64,000 nucleotides of DNA from Diadema antillarum. Its lineage: Eukaryota. A program made the translations under genes and the position numbers. Under the pieces are notes generated by a model. It was not told the DNA's origin and made no database searches. It saw only the letters and a program-made list of their open reading frames with translations. Numbering within the stretch: position 1 is the stretch's first letter; each line of letters opens with the position of its first letter. This document shows positions 11,782-23,979 of the stretch, piece by piece. The DNA lies in contig NW_027271528.1 of NCBI RefSeq assembly GCF_040938485.1, forward strand, positions 496,001-560,000, written 5' to 3'.

Positions 11782-14700
11782 GCTTAGTGGAATTAATAGT
11801 TTTTCTTTTCCTTTTCCCAAAGTATTCCGTTGCTTTTGCGGCATATGAAACTACCATTAAATGTATTCCGGAACAAAGTTTGTATGCTCCATTCACTGCA
11901 GAGACTCTGCTGATGCACGAAAGGCTAATCATGGACACAGCTACTTCACATAGATAATGTGACATGATTCAAGTGAGTTCATGCTCTGCTGTCCACATTA
12001 TTTCATGTCAGGATATTTCCTGATTCTTTATCACCACTTGAACTTAGAACTATGTTTCTTTGATGCACTAATATGTGCTCAAGTCATACAAATGATTCTT
12101 AAGACTTTTATTCACATGCAATTCTATTGACTGAGCTACACATATTTACTCTGCATGTCTACTGCACATGTATGTAAAGCTGGGAGCGTGCAAGACATGA
12201 ATTTCTTTTGTCATTTGATCATTCATGTACGAGGCATGTATGTACTCTGTCACTACTGTGGAATTGGAAGCAGTAGATATCACATCATAGCACGCAAAGC
12301 TAACTCACTATATGCTGTAGACTTAGGTCTACATGAATCTTTACAAACCATTGCTAGTATTGTCTGATGAAATTCAACTTGTCACTCAGAAAATCTAGTT
12401 CTGGAAAATGGTCTTTGCAAGGTTAAACCTGAGTAGATGATACAAGTGTAGATAGAACAGATTAAACAGGTTAATGTCAGAGCCTCGTTTGCCTTGTTAG
12501 GGTGCCCTCGTAATTGGATTTCCTCATTGGTTATTTGGATGACCTTTTTGGAAGGTACATTGTAAGTTGGAAAACTACATTAGACATCTAATGTAAATGC
12601 AAAGCCTGAAATTTTGCTACGTCTTCAATCAGATTAAAAGGATTACTCTCATTTTGCTATTGCACATGTACAAATCAGGTGTTCCCATGTTGCAGAAAAT
12701 CATGATTTGATTAATTCTTATCTCATAAAAGTGCTCTCACACACGATAAAATTACATATATACACCTATGCCATGTTCTGGGCAAGAAAGATATAGGGCA
12801 TGATGGATAGGAAGAGGGAAACCAGGCATGCAGGAATGGAACCAGCAAAGGATAAACACTCAGAACTGATGCTGGAAGTTATGCCAAATATGAGCAAAGG
12901 TATCCATGGAGGATGCTAGAAAGGGCTTTGGGGGTAAATTTGTTTAGTCTGGATGGGAAGAAGGGCAAACACAGGAAAAAAACAGGTGGGCTAACAGCAG
13001 GAGAGGGTAGGAATTTGGATACAAGAACCCCACCCCTTCATGCCCCCAATTTTTGAGACCACCAAATGGCAAAAAGTTTCTGATATCACATTATGACCAA
13101 AAAAAAAAAAAAACAATTGGATAATTATCATATAATGTCTTTTTTCTGAACAACTGGACATCAAATTTCCCCACGCTCTTTTACATTTTTCACACTTTCC
13201 ATAACTCTTACATGCATATTACGTATTAAGTGAAAATTATTGCATGGCTTGTTCCTGCAATGAGTTGAGTGAGATGATTTTGACACATCCTATTGTCGCC
13301 CGCTGTAGACAGATTACAAGCACTGGTACAAATTTGCATGGACAAACTGGATGAATAAGTGACATGCACACTTTTGTTTTTACCCACTGACGACTAGTCC
13401 TGAGTATTCTTGGGCTGGGGTTAATGAGAAATGCGTTTTACAGGTAAATCAGTCTGTCTCCTACAGGTTAACAATGGATCACACTGCATAAAGGCACAAA
13501 ACACTCCAGTAAACCATCAAACATCCCCGAAGTTCTTCACCAGAGGCTAAAAGCTTGTGGAAGCGCCACGACAGGAAACATGATGTTGGCATTAAGGAAA
13601 TGATGGGGAGGGACGGAATGACAAGCAGCAAAAGACACAAAGGGAGAGGAAGGGAGAGCAGTAGAGGCACTCGATATTGAAGCTGACTCACACGGCATTA
13701 GAAGACTAGACATCGCCTCCGTGTACCAAGCCATAACATTCATTCAAGACTTTCTACAAGAGAGCAAGAGAGACGGAGGAGAGAGCACAGATACAGTCAA
13801 CTCTGAGACTGACAAAAATACATTACAATCCTGGATTTTCCTTCCAGGGGTATGGAATGAAAACAAACAAAAAAATCAACAGGTGCAAGCAGTCACGTTT
13901 AGTACTGCATAAAAATGGAACTTTGTTCGATCTTTATTTTTCAATGTAATAAATGAAATGGTTTGCTTTTCCTTTTTCTCTCTGATGACATGATCAAGTA
14001 ATTACCATAAAAAGCTTCTTGTAGACAGAATACTGCACAGTAATTTTGTATTTTTCTGCTGGCTTAAAAGAAGATATAATGAGCAAAGATGTCTGCACGG
14101 TGAAATATTCTCTATATTCAGTGAGTCAGCACGCTTGCTTTGCTTGGTCAAATCAGATTTTGACCTGGCAAGATTTACTGCATGAATGCAACATAACATT
14201 GATTTGTGTTAACCCATATCTAATGTGTGATAACTTGGAGCATGTGTTATTTGGCAAAATATGAATAAAACAAAAAACAAATCACAGAAAAACAAAACAA
14301 AACAAAACAGACTGCATATCATACAAAACCATTGCCTGCCATTTCTCCTTTATATAAAGACATCTATGAAGCAGCTTGCCTTGACATTCAATAACAAATT
14401 AATTCACAAAATATTTCAGCTCAGTTGTTCAAGAGTTTGTATCTCTTCATTGACACAACAGACTTTATAATTATTCAGACCTACCATATCATGTTTGGGT
14501 AAACACAGCATAAATGGCAAGGGCATTCAATCGTGGGAAAGAGTGAATGAATTTAGTAGCATCTATAGAGAGGTGGAAAATTGTGTACACACACCATTGA
14601 CAGTTTCCTAATCAAGAGTACATTCAATCTCCTTCAAAAAGACCTCCCACCAGATGTTACCAACACCTCAAATCAACAAGTGAATGCAACTTCCCACACA

Positions 14701-17700
14701 CACTCCCAAACCATGAGACGGTACACAGAGCAACACAAAAGGATGCGTGTGACTGCAACACTGTGTGTCAGCTCTTCCACAGTTGCAGTGAGTCCATTTT
14801 GGGTTCCTGTGTTTCTACGAGACATGCTAATTTTAATCAAACTTTTCAGCCGTCACAGATATACCTACCAGAAACCCTCAGCAGCAGAGTGACTAAACAA
14901 TCCCCTCGATGACTATAGATCAAAGATTGGCCCGATCTGAATCGAGAAACGTTTTTTAACGCCTAGTAGCGCTGGGATATCATGGAGCGGGGTGGCTAGC
15001 CCACCTCGGTTTATATTAGAGAATCCCTGTGAGGAATTGTGTACAGCTTTATCATTGATCTCTACCAGTACAACCTGGTACTGTAAAACACAATATTTTC
15101 GCAGCATGACATTTTCGCGAATTGGAGCCTTTTGGCCTTTTGGTAGCACGAAATTTTCGCGAGTCGCCTCTAACATTCAATGCACATAGTGTAAACAAGA
15201 ACTTTTGCGTGCATTTTAATTTCGGGAATCTTGGCTCTCGCGAAATTCGCGAAATTAAAATGCACACAAACATTCCTCGTTCTACAGTAAGTGCACACAC
15301 AGCTGAAGAATCTCAACTGGAGTCGATTGTTACCAATGAGCTCACACATTGATGCACATATTCGATGACAAGGGCTATTCACGGTTTTCGAATGTACACC
15401 AGTGGATAGCGAATGAATCAGCCCACTCATGAATCTGGGCTAGGCCTTTAAAGTCTGCAGAGGGTTGGCTACAGGTCAATTGCGGTTGTTAGAATCCCAC
15501 CCCCACTGACAGCCACTGCTTAAAGTGCAAAGCAATAATCAACCCATTGAGGACGGGCTGATTTTGCTATAACACACGTTTCCCATAGACACCTGCCCAA
15601 GTATACTCCGGACTAGTCTTCAATGGGTTAAACCAGTATTTGTTTGATGGAGTTTAAATTTTGGGTGAGAAAATGAGATTTGTGACCACTGAAAAGCTTT
15701 CATTATCTGCGTATGACATACATGTAAGTGAATTAACACACATATAGACACAAATCCCCAAATGATTCAGGTTAAGAGGTAAACCATCTGCAAACATTAG
15801 GGTCCTCCACCAATGTTCCCGAAAAACACAACTTTTGCCTTAACCCGTTTAGGACAGACTGATGTTGCTACAGCACACATTTACCATAGACACCTGCCCG
15901 AGTATACTCGTGACTCGTACTCAACGGGTTAAAGAGCTTTGGCAGCTACACCATCACCAGTCAGTAATACAAAGAAATACAAGAAAGTGAAAAAAAGACA
16001 ACAACAGAGAGCTGTAGCAGGAAGAAATTGGAGGCACAATCAATGGTATCACATCACAGGAGAATCCATGTGCATATGGAATATGAAGTCAAATATATAT
16101 GGAGGGGACTTAAACTGTACAGACATGCCACTGATTGTGACATTAACATCAATTAGAACTAAATTCCCAACTTATGCATTGTATAAACTTACAATCAAAT
16201 TATCAAATTTGAATATTCAAAACAAAACTTTTTCTGACATGTGTAGCAAACACTTTGGATTGCAATAGGCAAAACAAAACAAAACAACCCTCCTATGACA
16301 GCAACATCACTGAGTGTATAAAGAAGTTTGTACCTGCTGTGATAGTTGTGTCTCAAACTTCTTGCAGAGCCCCATGAGCTGTTTGATCTGAAGGTCCTTT
16401 TCCAGGATCATCTTCTGCTTGACCTCTAGCTGAGACTTGAGGGCGGGGCAGTTCTCACAATTGTCCAGTGACTGCAGGAGACAAAGGGACAGAGAGACAA
16501 AAACACATCGTAAACTCTGAAATAAAGATAATACAGAGAATCAAATATAATGCAACAATGGTATAAACACATTTGATCAGTCTTGGTTTTCAGTTTACAC
16601 AACACATTCCTACATTTACAAAGGAAAGAGGACAGTCCTTCACAGAAAAAAAAAAGAAGAAGAAAGAACTGAACAGTAACATATAAAGAAAATTAGAGAT
16701 TGACATGTTGACCTGTTGATTACCCTAGAGTAGCATACTTGGGACTATTCTTCAACAGGTAAAGAATAACGTATCTATAGAGCTGATACTGAATATGTAG
16801 AATAAGAGAGTGAGGACAAATAGAAGAAAACTCCACCGGTACCATCATCACCTTTACCAAATTGACAGATGAGTATAAACACACACAAGAGCACATGGAA
16901 ATATATATGATACCATGAGAGATGCACTGATTGATTGAATCTATGCAGTTACAAATATTGAAAGAGACTTACGCCAAATATATAAAATATGAAATGAGAG
17001 AGGGGGGGGGGGGAGGGGGTAAGAGCAAACGGCGGAAGAGAGTTGCATACAGTAGATATTCCCTCTTGGCCCCTCAACTATACCTTGGGTTTGGCAGCCA
17101 TGGCCTTGAGTTTCATCTTCAACATGTTGGCCTCATCGGACATCTTACTCAGCTCTTTGCTTAGCTCTTCCAGCTGCTGCTGCCGCTCCCTGTGGGGAAA
17201 CAATGAACAACATTTGAATAAACTCATGAAAGAGTAATGTCTCCATAGCAGATGATACAATGTCCGAGCATATGGGTATTGTTACCATTTAATGCAAAAA
17301 GCAAAAGAAAAAAAATATAAAGAAACCAGAAGATTACAGCCTACCCATGTATGTTTACACTAAAGACTTTCTGAGTCTAAGATAGCAAGCGATATGATTT
17401 CTGTTGATTCATTCCTCAAATGTTCAAATGCCAACTTCTGCAATTTCAAGCCATTTTTCGTAGAAGCTGGCATTTGTGTATCAAAAAGTCAGATAAAAGG
17501 TATGTGCAAGGTATGAACTGATTTCTACCATGTTTTATCTTCCCATTACAATTTCAAAAGGTCAGCATGCTATAAGAATAGAAACTATAAACAAAAATGA
17601 ACATACATTGTACAATTATTCTTCCACTGACAGGTAGAGGTTTACTCTCAAAAGAAAAGCAAGCCCATTTTCACGTCTCGAACTTATGAAGCATAACCCA

Positions 17701-20700
17701 GGGTTTATGGATGGGAATATTCATCATGCTTACACAGCAAATCAATGTAATTAAGATACACTCTTTGAATGAGGTAAAGAGTTTCATGAGCAATTCAATG
17801 ACTCACAACAGTGTGGTCTGTACCAGGTAAATATCATTTTCTTTTACAACACAACACTTTGGTGGTATACAGCAAGAACTGGTTGTTATGTTCAGTCAGT
17901 TATGTGGTGCTATATACTCACCACACAGAAACTGCAATCCACAATCTTGATTACCTTTTGAGCTAAATATTTGGGAATTTATCCCAAACATGTATGCAGA
18001 TTTAGTAAATGGAGAAATAGTCTATCATACAAAATTGTAAGCACACATCAGTGAAGTCTGAGTAATGCAGACAGTGCATCGAAAAGTTATAATTTTCACA
18101 TTTTTCATTAAATCCACGCACTGTTATCGCTGGATAAGAAGGCTAAAACAGTTCATGATGTCCCATAGTGGAATGACATGAAAACTATGACAAGAATCCC
18201 ACAAAATCTATCTTTGTAATGAAAAGTATACATTCATCTGACCTATTACTGACATTTGTTAAGCATGTGTGTGAGAGTGCTTGCAGAAGAAAGTCTGGAA
18301 ATAAAGTGAAACCTATCAAAATACACTGTGAACATCTCAATGCATTTGAACTGCTAAAAATTATGAGAAGTGGGTTTTGGGCAGAGTAAAAAAGTCTGAA
18401 ATCAGACTAAACTCTGAACTCTCACATCCCTGGTTATGGAAAATATCATTCCTCCTACCTTCTGAAGGAGAGTCAAAGCGTACTTTCTCTATGCTAGAGA
18501 AATTGAAATACATGGAATTCTCTTTATGCTTTCTTTATATCCTTGCACTAATTTGACATCATTAACTGTTGTAGTCTTCGTATTCAGTAATGACAGCACG
18601 TGGATTCAATAAAAAATTTCTGGATTCAATAAAAAATTTGAGAATCCATAACTTTTGTATGGATTGTTGGATTTTCCTACAACTTCACAGATGTAGTCTA
18701 CTATTAAACGCTGCTACATTCACTGACTTTACAGGATATGAATTTAGGATTTTCGCCTTTTTATGCCCCTGAGAGCAGTCATTATATCTATGTCACTTGC
18801 AATAGCGTGGTTACCATGAATTCTCCTTGAGAGCACCAGCCATCTGTTTCTTGAGGTTGTCTAGGCGACGGTCCCTGTCTGCAATCTCCGCTTCCATCTT
18901 TGACCTGAGACCAGCTAACTGTGCCTCAAACTGAAAGAAACAGTGGAATCAAGGACATAACTTAAAAAGAAATAATAATTATAGTTTGCAGTCGCTTCGG
19001 TCCCTTACATGATTTTTTTTTTCATTTTCAGTCATTCCGGATGAACAACTTCATGACATAATATTGAATGGTCTACTGTACATCATGTATAAAAAAAATT
19101 TGGAATGGTGCTTTACCTGGGCATTTACAATAAGTTTGAAAATTTTTGAACCTATAGTATCTTTCATTTTTGGTTGTATTTTAAACGAATAAATAGGCAA
19201 TAAGTTAATTCATTTGTCTAGTATGTATTCAGTCGATAAATTTAAAGAGTGCCTGTCATGTAGTTGCAAGGAAGTGTTGATTGTCAATTCAATGCCTCCA
19301 ACTGATGTAGAACCCATGCCTTTAACCCTATTCCAACTGGGGAGGGGGGGTCAAATTGACCCCCCTCGACATTTCGCGCCACGATTCCGCAACGCGCAAA
19401 GATTTTGCTGCGTCGTTTCATGAGTTTTTTCATTGAAATCTCCCGCATATTTTGAGACCATATTTTCGACGTCTGGGTACACCGTTCTGAAGTTACATAA
19501 TGTTTTGCATATGCATGTCAACCGAAAAACAGCTCAATTTCATGATACATGTATCATGTGCAAATCCAATGCAAATTGTGTTTTTTTTTTGTTGATTTGA
19601 TATAAAATAGATTATTTCAACTTTTAACCATTGAAATAAATCAATTCTAATGTAGATAAGCTTGAAAAAGTGCCTGCAACAAATTTTGGCAAAAAACCAA
19701 TAAAAAACAAAAGGTCGAAAAAACAGTAAAATACATAAGAAATTAACATAACAATAAAAAACAAAAGAAATTGATTTTGATTGTGTTATTTTTTTACAAG
19801 AAATTTGTTTGATGTGTCTTGAGGAACTCTGACACAAGAATTTAGCAATCCTTCAGTCTTTTTAATGGAGTTATAGGTGAAAATATGATTTCATGCGTAA
19901 ATTTGCATAATTTAATAAAAATAGAAAACCAATATTTTTCTATTGTATGACCATGCAATCTTGTAGTTGACATCTGGCTCTATCTTCAGGCAAAATTTTG
20001 CAGCGATCACGCAAATGGCAGCCGAGATCTGAAGGGGGGATCAAATTGACCCCGCCTCAGTAAAAACTTGGTCTCAAATAGCCCAGTTAGAATAGGGTTA
20101 AACCTGCACTTCTCAACCTTTAACAACCAGAGGCTAACTTGGCTCCCACCATTTTTTTTTTCTCTTTGAGGCATAGTAAGATTGAATATGATATTTTTTC
20201 TTTTTGGATTCATTTTTGGCCGACAAGGTGGCCCACTGCAGACTCTGGGAGACTTCTGGTGGCTCTGCAATAAAATCTCAGTTAGTTGGTACTTACATGA
20301 TCTTTGAGCTCTGAGACATGCTGCTCATGTCGTCCCTTCAGGGCCTCAACAAAGCTCTCTTTCTCCTCCAACTCTTGCTGCGTCTGGCTGAGCCTCTGTC
20401 TGGTGATCTCGTGGGCTGACTTCTCCTCCTCGTACAGCAACTTATAGTGCTCCTCCTAGAGTATGACAACAACACCAAGAACAAATAATCTCAGACTCTC
20501 AATCACATTTTTAATGACAGCAATCTTCAACCATCTCAAATGGTTTTTCATGAAAATTCTCATTATACTCTTCTTTCGTGTGTCTTTTAACACGATACCA
20601 CGCTAGCAACTACTACACACTACTTCATCACAAGTCATAAAGCCCTGCAAGGCACGATCCTATTCTAACAAAATGAAATAAACACAACCCTAATGAAAAA

Positions 20701-22785
20701 CAAAATATGTGTTGACTTGGCACAGGTAGAAATGGAAATAAATCAAGCTTTTTTTTTTTTTGGTTGTTTTACTTTCAAAGAAAATGATGATGATCCCAAT
20801 TAGCTTCTTGGAAATGCCAGGCACGTTTGCATGACATAGTTTTTCTCACTCCCTCAAGTGATGCTATTCAAACAAAGAATCGCAATGAACTGATCAAGAC
20901 AGAAATGACTAGGGATTTAAATAATGAGTGACAAGGATAATGCATCTGTCTCCCACACCGAGCATTACGTCAGCAGGTTTGGCAGTGGTTGTATGCACTG
21001 AACCCCAAATCTTACCATCTGCTGCAGCTTGAGGTTTGCCTGTGTCGCATTGTCTTCCTTGTCCCTGAGTTCCAGTCTTAGCTGCTCTACTGCCTTCTGG
21101 AGATTGTGGATTTTGTTCTTGTACTGCTTCTCTTTGTTCTGGCAAGATGAACAAGAAGGCAATAGAGAGAAACATAAAAAGACAGATCTAATCCAATACA
21201 CATCAAGGTTTTGACAAATAGGTGTACTTACGTGTGCTTCTACACCTTAAAGACCCAGTGGTGTGGGGATTCATAGGTAGCCTAATTCATTCCCTGCCCA
21301 CTGGGGTACATTTGAAAAAACAACAAATAGCACCAGGAAGTGAATACATGTGTCAAACCATACTCTCATCAGCAAAAGTCAACACTCCAGTTGGGATTCT
21401 TTGGCTGTCTGTGCAAACTCAAATAGAAATCGGTGATAAAGCTGCACACAATGCATTATAAAGATTCTTGCATATTATATCCGAACCGTCTATGAATCCC
21501 CACGCTACTAGGTTTTTAATCCATGTGATGTACATGTACAGTAGTATGTACTGTAGTATGTCAAGCAGTCTACAAATTTAACAAAACTTATGTCATCACA
21601 TTACAAACTTTGTTCGTATCATTGGAAAGTAAGTGCTGTCAAGTACAGTACCATTTTACACTTACAATGTATCTACAAGGTTTAAGAGTTGGAGTTCCAA
21701 TTCAAACAGTTGTCAGATTTCTATTGATGTACAAAAGAATTTCACAGGTGCATTTGTGCCTATGATGATCGATGTTCAATGCCGTCTTGCTAAGCAATCC
21801 CGAGATTCATTCTGAATGTTAACATAATGTTGGCCATATTTTGCTTATTCATTTATTCATGAAATGAAATGAAATTTCACTTCATGACTAAGCATGTACA
21901 AAACAAAAGTCAATCCCGCCAAGAAATTTGTGCAAAAGTGTAAATCAGAGCTGTATCATGTGAAAATGTTTAAAACTGTATCAAACTGGAAAGCCGGTTT
22001 CATCACTTTTCCACTTAATTCCCACAAATAAAATTAATATGGAATAATCTTCAAGTATAATTCTTTATTGACAGATATATCTGATTAATGCCCAGGTATG
22101 CCCAGTTGATTAATGTTCATCTACAAATGTATATTACAACATTTTTTGGCGCATATGCTGACTGCTACAAATATATATAGAGGGCAATTAAAATCACTGC
22201 CTTGTGCAACCTGATAGCTTCATACAATGCCAACAGGGATTAACAAATCTTGACTGTCACTGGTTGGAAGGGTTTCGTTCAGATGGGCACCTGAATAAAA
22301 ATCACCATACTGAAAATCCCCTGTAGGATACTTCTCAAGAAGAATTTGATGTACAAGTCAGTATCAATATACAAAACCGTTACATCAGATTCTGTAATAA
22401 TGCTCAAGACTAGAGAGGAGAAAAGTAAACATCTCCATCACTTTTGTTACAGATCCCAAATGCATCAAAACATGGTGTAACTCTACAATGGCTCAAATTC
22501 TACCTGTAAGTCTTTCAGCTCCTCGGCCAATTTGACGTTCGCCTGCTCGAGCCGTGATGAGGTCACTGGCCTGCCCGTCACTGAGCCCCGCCGACCCCGG
22601 AGCTCCTCCTCCAGCCCCCTGGGTGACATGGGCGAGTTCTGGAGGGCGTCGCCCTGTACCATCAGGCTGTGCTCCTGGAAGTATGAGCGGTTGGTGTGGT
22701 TCAGGGCCTGCGTGAGAGGCGGGAACACAATGCCCTTGCTCATCTTCACGTTGCCAAGCTGGCGGGCTTGGCTACCCGGGTTCAT
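8898..22785 (-). CDS. Spliced gene, 7 coding exons, 329-aa coiled-coil protein of unknown family
   Basis: join of 22785-22504, 21138-21016, 20455-20297, 18930-18815, 17189-17084, 16471-16334, 8963-8898. All introns are GT..AG with phases 0,0,0,2,0,0 giving one open frame: MNPGSQARQLGNVKMSKGIVFPP...RLEQANVKLAEELKDLQ/NKEKQYKNKIHNLQKAVEQLRLELRDKEDNATQANLKLQQM/EEHYKLLYEEEKSAHEITRQRLSQTQQELEEKESFVEALKGRHEQHVSELKDH/FEAQLAGLRSKMEAEIADRDRRLDNLKKQMAGALKENSW/ERQQQLEELSKELSKMSDEANMLKMKLKAMAAKPK/SLDNCENCPALKSQLEVKQKMILEKDLQIKQLMGLCKKFETQLSQQ/DTIMKQFAQDKGFKTNYLPKK*. E/K/Q/L heptad-like composition; the exons are GC-richer than the introns. Confidence 0.9.
9391..9580. mobile_element. Harbinger/PIF-like MITE, diverged
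   Basis: ggggccaatttcac...cgaaacaggccc termini resemble the 8473 family. Confidence 0.5.
9893..10673. mobile_element. Tc1/mariner-pogo-type non-autonomous element (781 bp)
   Basis: TA|CCGTTAGTGCACCAGTTTTCGACA...TGTCGAAAACCAGTACCCTAACTG|TA imperfect TIRs; internal cagatttcgaca motif repeated directly and inverted. Confidence 0.75.
14960..15447 (-). mobile_element. TTAA-flanked (Kolobok-like) MITE, interrupted by a second MITE
   Basis: Reverse complement aligns with 21251-21515 (ccactgg.gtacatt.gaaaa; ctccagttg.gattctt; gataaagctg.acacaat); TTAA at 14956 and 15448. Confidence 0.7.
15081..15287. mobile_element. TA-flanked MITE (CTGTA...TACAG), nested
   Basis: TA|CTGTAAAAC...TTCTACAG|TA; internal tttcgcg/cgcgaaa repeats. 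Confidence 0.75.
15543..15627. mobile_element. piggyBac-type mini-MITE copy 2 (85 bp)
   Basis: TCAA|CCCATTG...CAATGGG|TTAA; shared core tcccatagacacctgccc..gtatact. Confidence 0.85.
15844..15928. mobile_element. piggyBac-type mini-MITE copy 3 (85 bp)
   Basis: TTAA|CCCGTTT...CAACGGG|TTAA; same core. Confidence 0.85.
16334..16471 (-). CDS. Coiled-coil gene coding exon 6 (46 aa, contains CENC)
   Basis: Long pyrimidine tract plus ctgcag acceptor; CAG|gtacaa donor; phase 0-0. Confidence 0.92.
17084..17189 (-). CDS. Coiled-coil gene coding exon 5 (106 nt)
   Basis: tttccccacag acceptor; the first G completes TGG from exon 4; AAG|gtatag donor. Confidence 0.92.
18815..18930 (-). CDS. Coiled-coil gene coding exon 4 (116 nt)
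   Basis: tttctttcag acceptor; TG|gtaacc donor; phase 0-2. Confidence 0.92.
19326..20097. mobile_element. piggyBac-type non-autonomous element (772 bp)
   Basis: TTAA TSD at 19322 and 20098; 16-bp TIR ccctattc(c/t)aactggg; subterminal ggggg(g/a)tcaaattgacccc at both ends. Confidence 0.85.
20297..20455 (-). CDS. Coiled-coil gene coding exon 3 (53 aa)
   Basis: actctag acceptor; CAT|gtaagt donor; phase 0-0. Confidence 0.92.
21016..21138 (-). CDS. Coiled-coil gene coding exon 2 (41 aa)
   Basis: Pyrimidine tract plus ttgccag acceptor; ATG|gtaaga donor; phase 0-0. Confidence 0.92.
21251..21515. mobile_element. TTAA-flanked (Kolobok-like) MITE (265 bp)
   Basis: TTAA|AGACCCAGTGGTGTGGGGATTCATAG...CTATGAATCCCCACGCTACTAGGTTT|TTAA. 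Confidence 0.8.
22504..22785 (-). CDS. Coiled-coil gene coding exon 1 (94 aa; exon starts at 22833 with 48 nt of UTR)
   Basis: ATG at 22785 in good context (gaaccATG) with in-frame upstream stops; acceptor atttcag at 22834; donor CAG|gtagaa at 22503. Confidence 0.88.
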
Positions 22786-23153
22786 GGTTCAACGCAGTCA
22801 AAAGTCACGCACTCAGCTCCATCAATTAGCTGCCTGAAATGGTGTCACATTAGTCCAATTGTGCAAGTTCATTTCTCTGTGAGCAAATTGTTCTTCTGTC
22901 TGTCAGTTTGAGCATGATTGCGTCTCTAGAGGGCCGCACTACAAACCATTTAAAAGCACAGCATGTATAGCATGTCCATCACATGAGTGTCCTCCCAAAC
23001 AGCATCGGGAACTTCACTCAGTTGAGCAGAAAATGGTTTGGTTCAGATGAGTTTCCTACGGAATAAACAAACAAGCAGATCAGACAAACAGACAATCAAA
23101 CAGAGATGTGATTAAAAGGAGAATGCCTCTGTGTTCAAATGTAAAATCATTAC

Positions 23154-23311
23154 TTGGCATTACCACTCATTCACTTCGCACAGTAGATTGTACGTGTGTC
23201 ACACCACCTTCATGGATCATCGGAATCACTTTACACACTTGTAAGCGCATGGGCACACTGGATAAGTGGGGTAATTTTTCATGATCAATGCGCATTACTC
23301 CAGGTCAACAT
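23154..23311 (-). other. Probable 5'UTR exon of the coiled-coil gene (uORF-rich)
   Basis: Strong acceptor cttttcttgtttacag (AG 23313-23312) and donor CAA|gtaatg (GT 23153-23152); stops in all three frames; 8 ATGs in 158 nt. Confidence 0.55.
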
Positions 23312-23566
23312 CTGTAAACAAGAAAGATTTTGCAAGTTCTAGATACACTAATAAAGGTCCAAACCCTGCTTTCTTAATAGGCCTTTATCAGAAAGTATGT
23401 AGACTCAAGTGTTGTAGGAGAAAACTGATTCACCAAAAAACATAAATATAGATCAAAGGTTTAACATTTCTGTTTCTTTTAAATTGTAGCCGAGTATTCA
23501 TTATGGGTAATCATGGTGAACAGAGACTTTATAGAGTCTACGTACAATTGTATGCTTATCATTTAA

Positions 23567-23979
23567 AGGGACTGTAGAGTTCTACAGTACTGGTTGAGGT
23601 AAGGGATTCATGTTTTGAACATTTCTAAGTCAGATAATGAGAAACCTCTTATAGTATGAAATATGAAAGAGCATGTAATTTTAAGATGGATTCAACGTTT
23701 ATTTGATGAAAATTGGTTTTTGAAATGGCTGAGATATCAAAAAAAGTGATAATAATAAAAGGCGACATGCCACAACTTTATCAGGATCTCTTTGTTTCAC
23801 CTTGTTTTTGGATATCTCAGCCATTTCAAAACCGATTTTCATCAAATAAACTTTCGATACCTTTTAGAATTGCATGCTCTCTGACATCTCATAGAGTGGT
23901 TTCTGAATATCTCGCAAAATGTTAAAAGCTACAAATGTAAATCCTCATCTCAACCAGAACTGTACACACCCGGTACCCT
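23567..23979. mobile_element. Kolobok-like foldback MITE, copy A (413 bp)
   Basis: TTAA|AGGG...CCCT|TTAA; long internal inverted arms (tttgatgaaaattggtttt..aaatggctgagatatc / gatatctcagccattt..aaaccgattttcatcaaa). Confidence 0.85.

Noticed and set aside
13622-13912. 96-codon plus-strand open frame (QAAKDTKGEEGRAVEALDIEADSHG...)
   Set aside because: Purine-rich sequence naturally lacks stops; no start or convincing splice sites; antisense within an intron.
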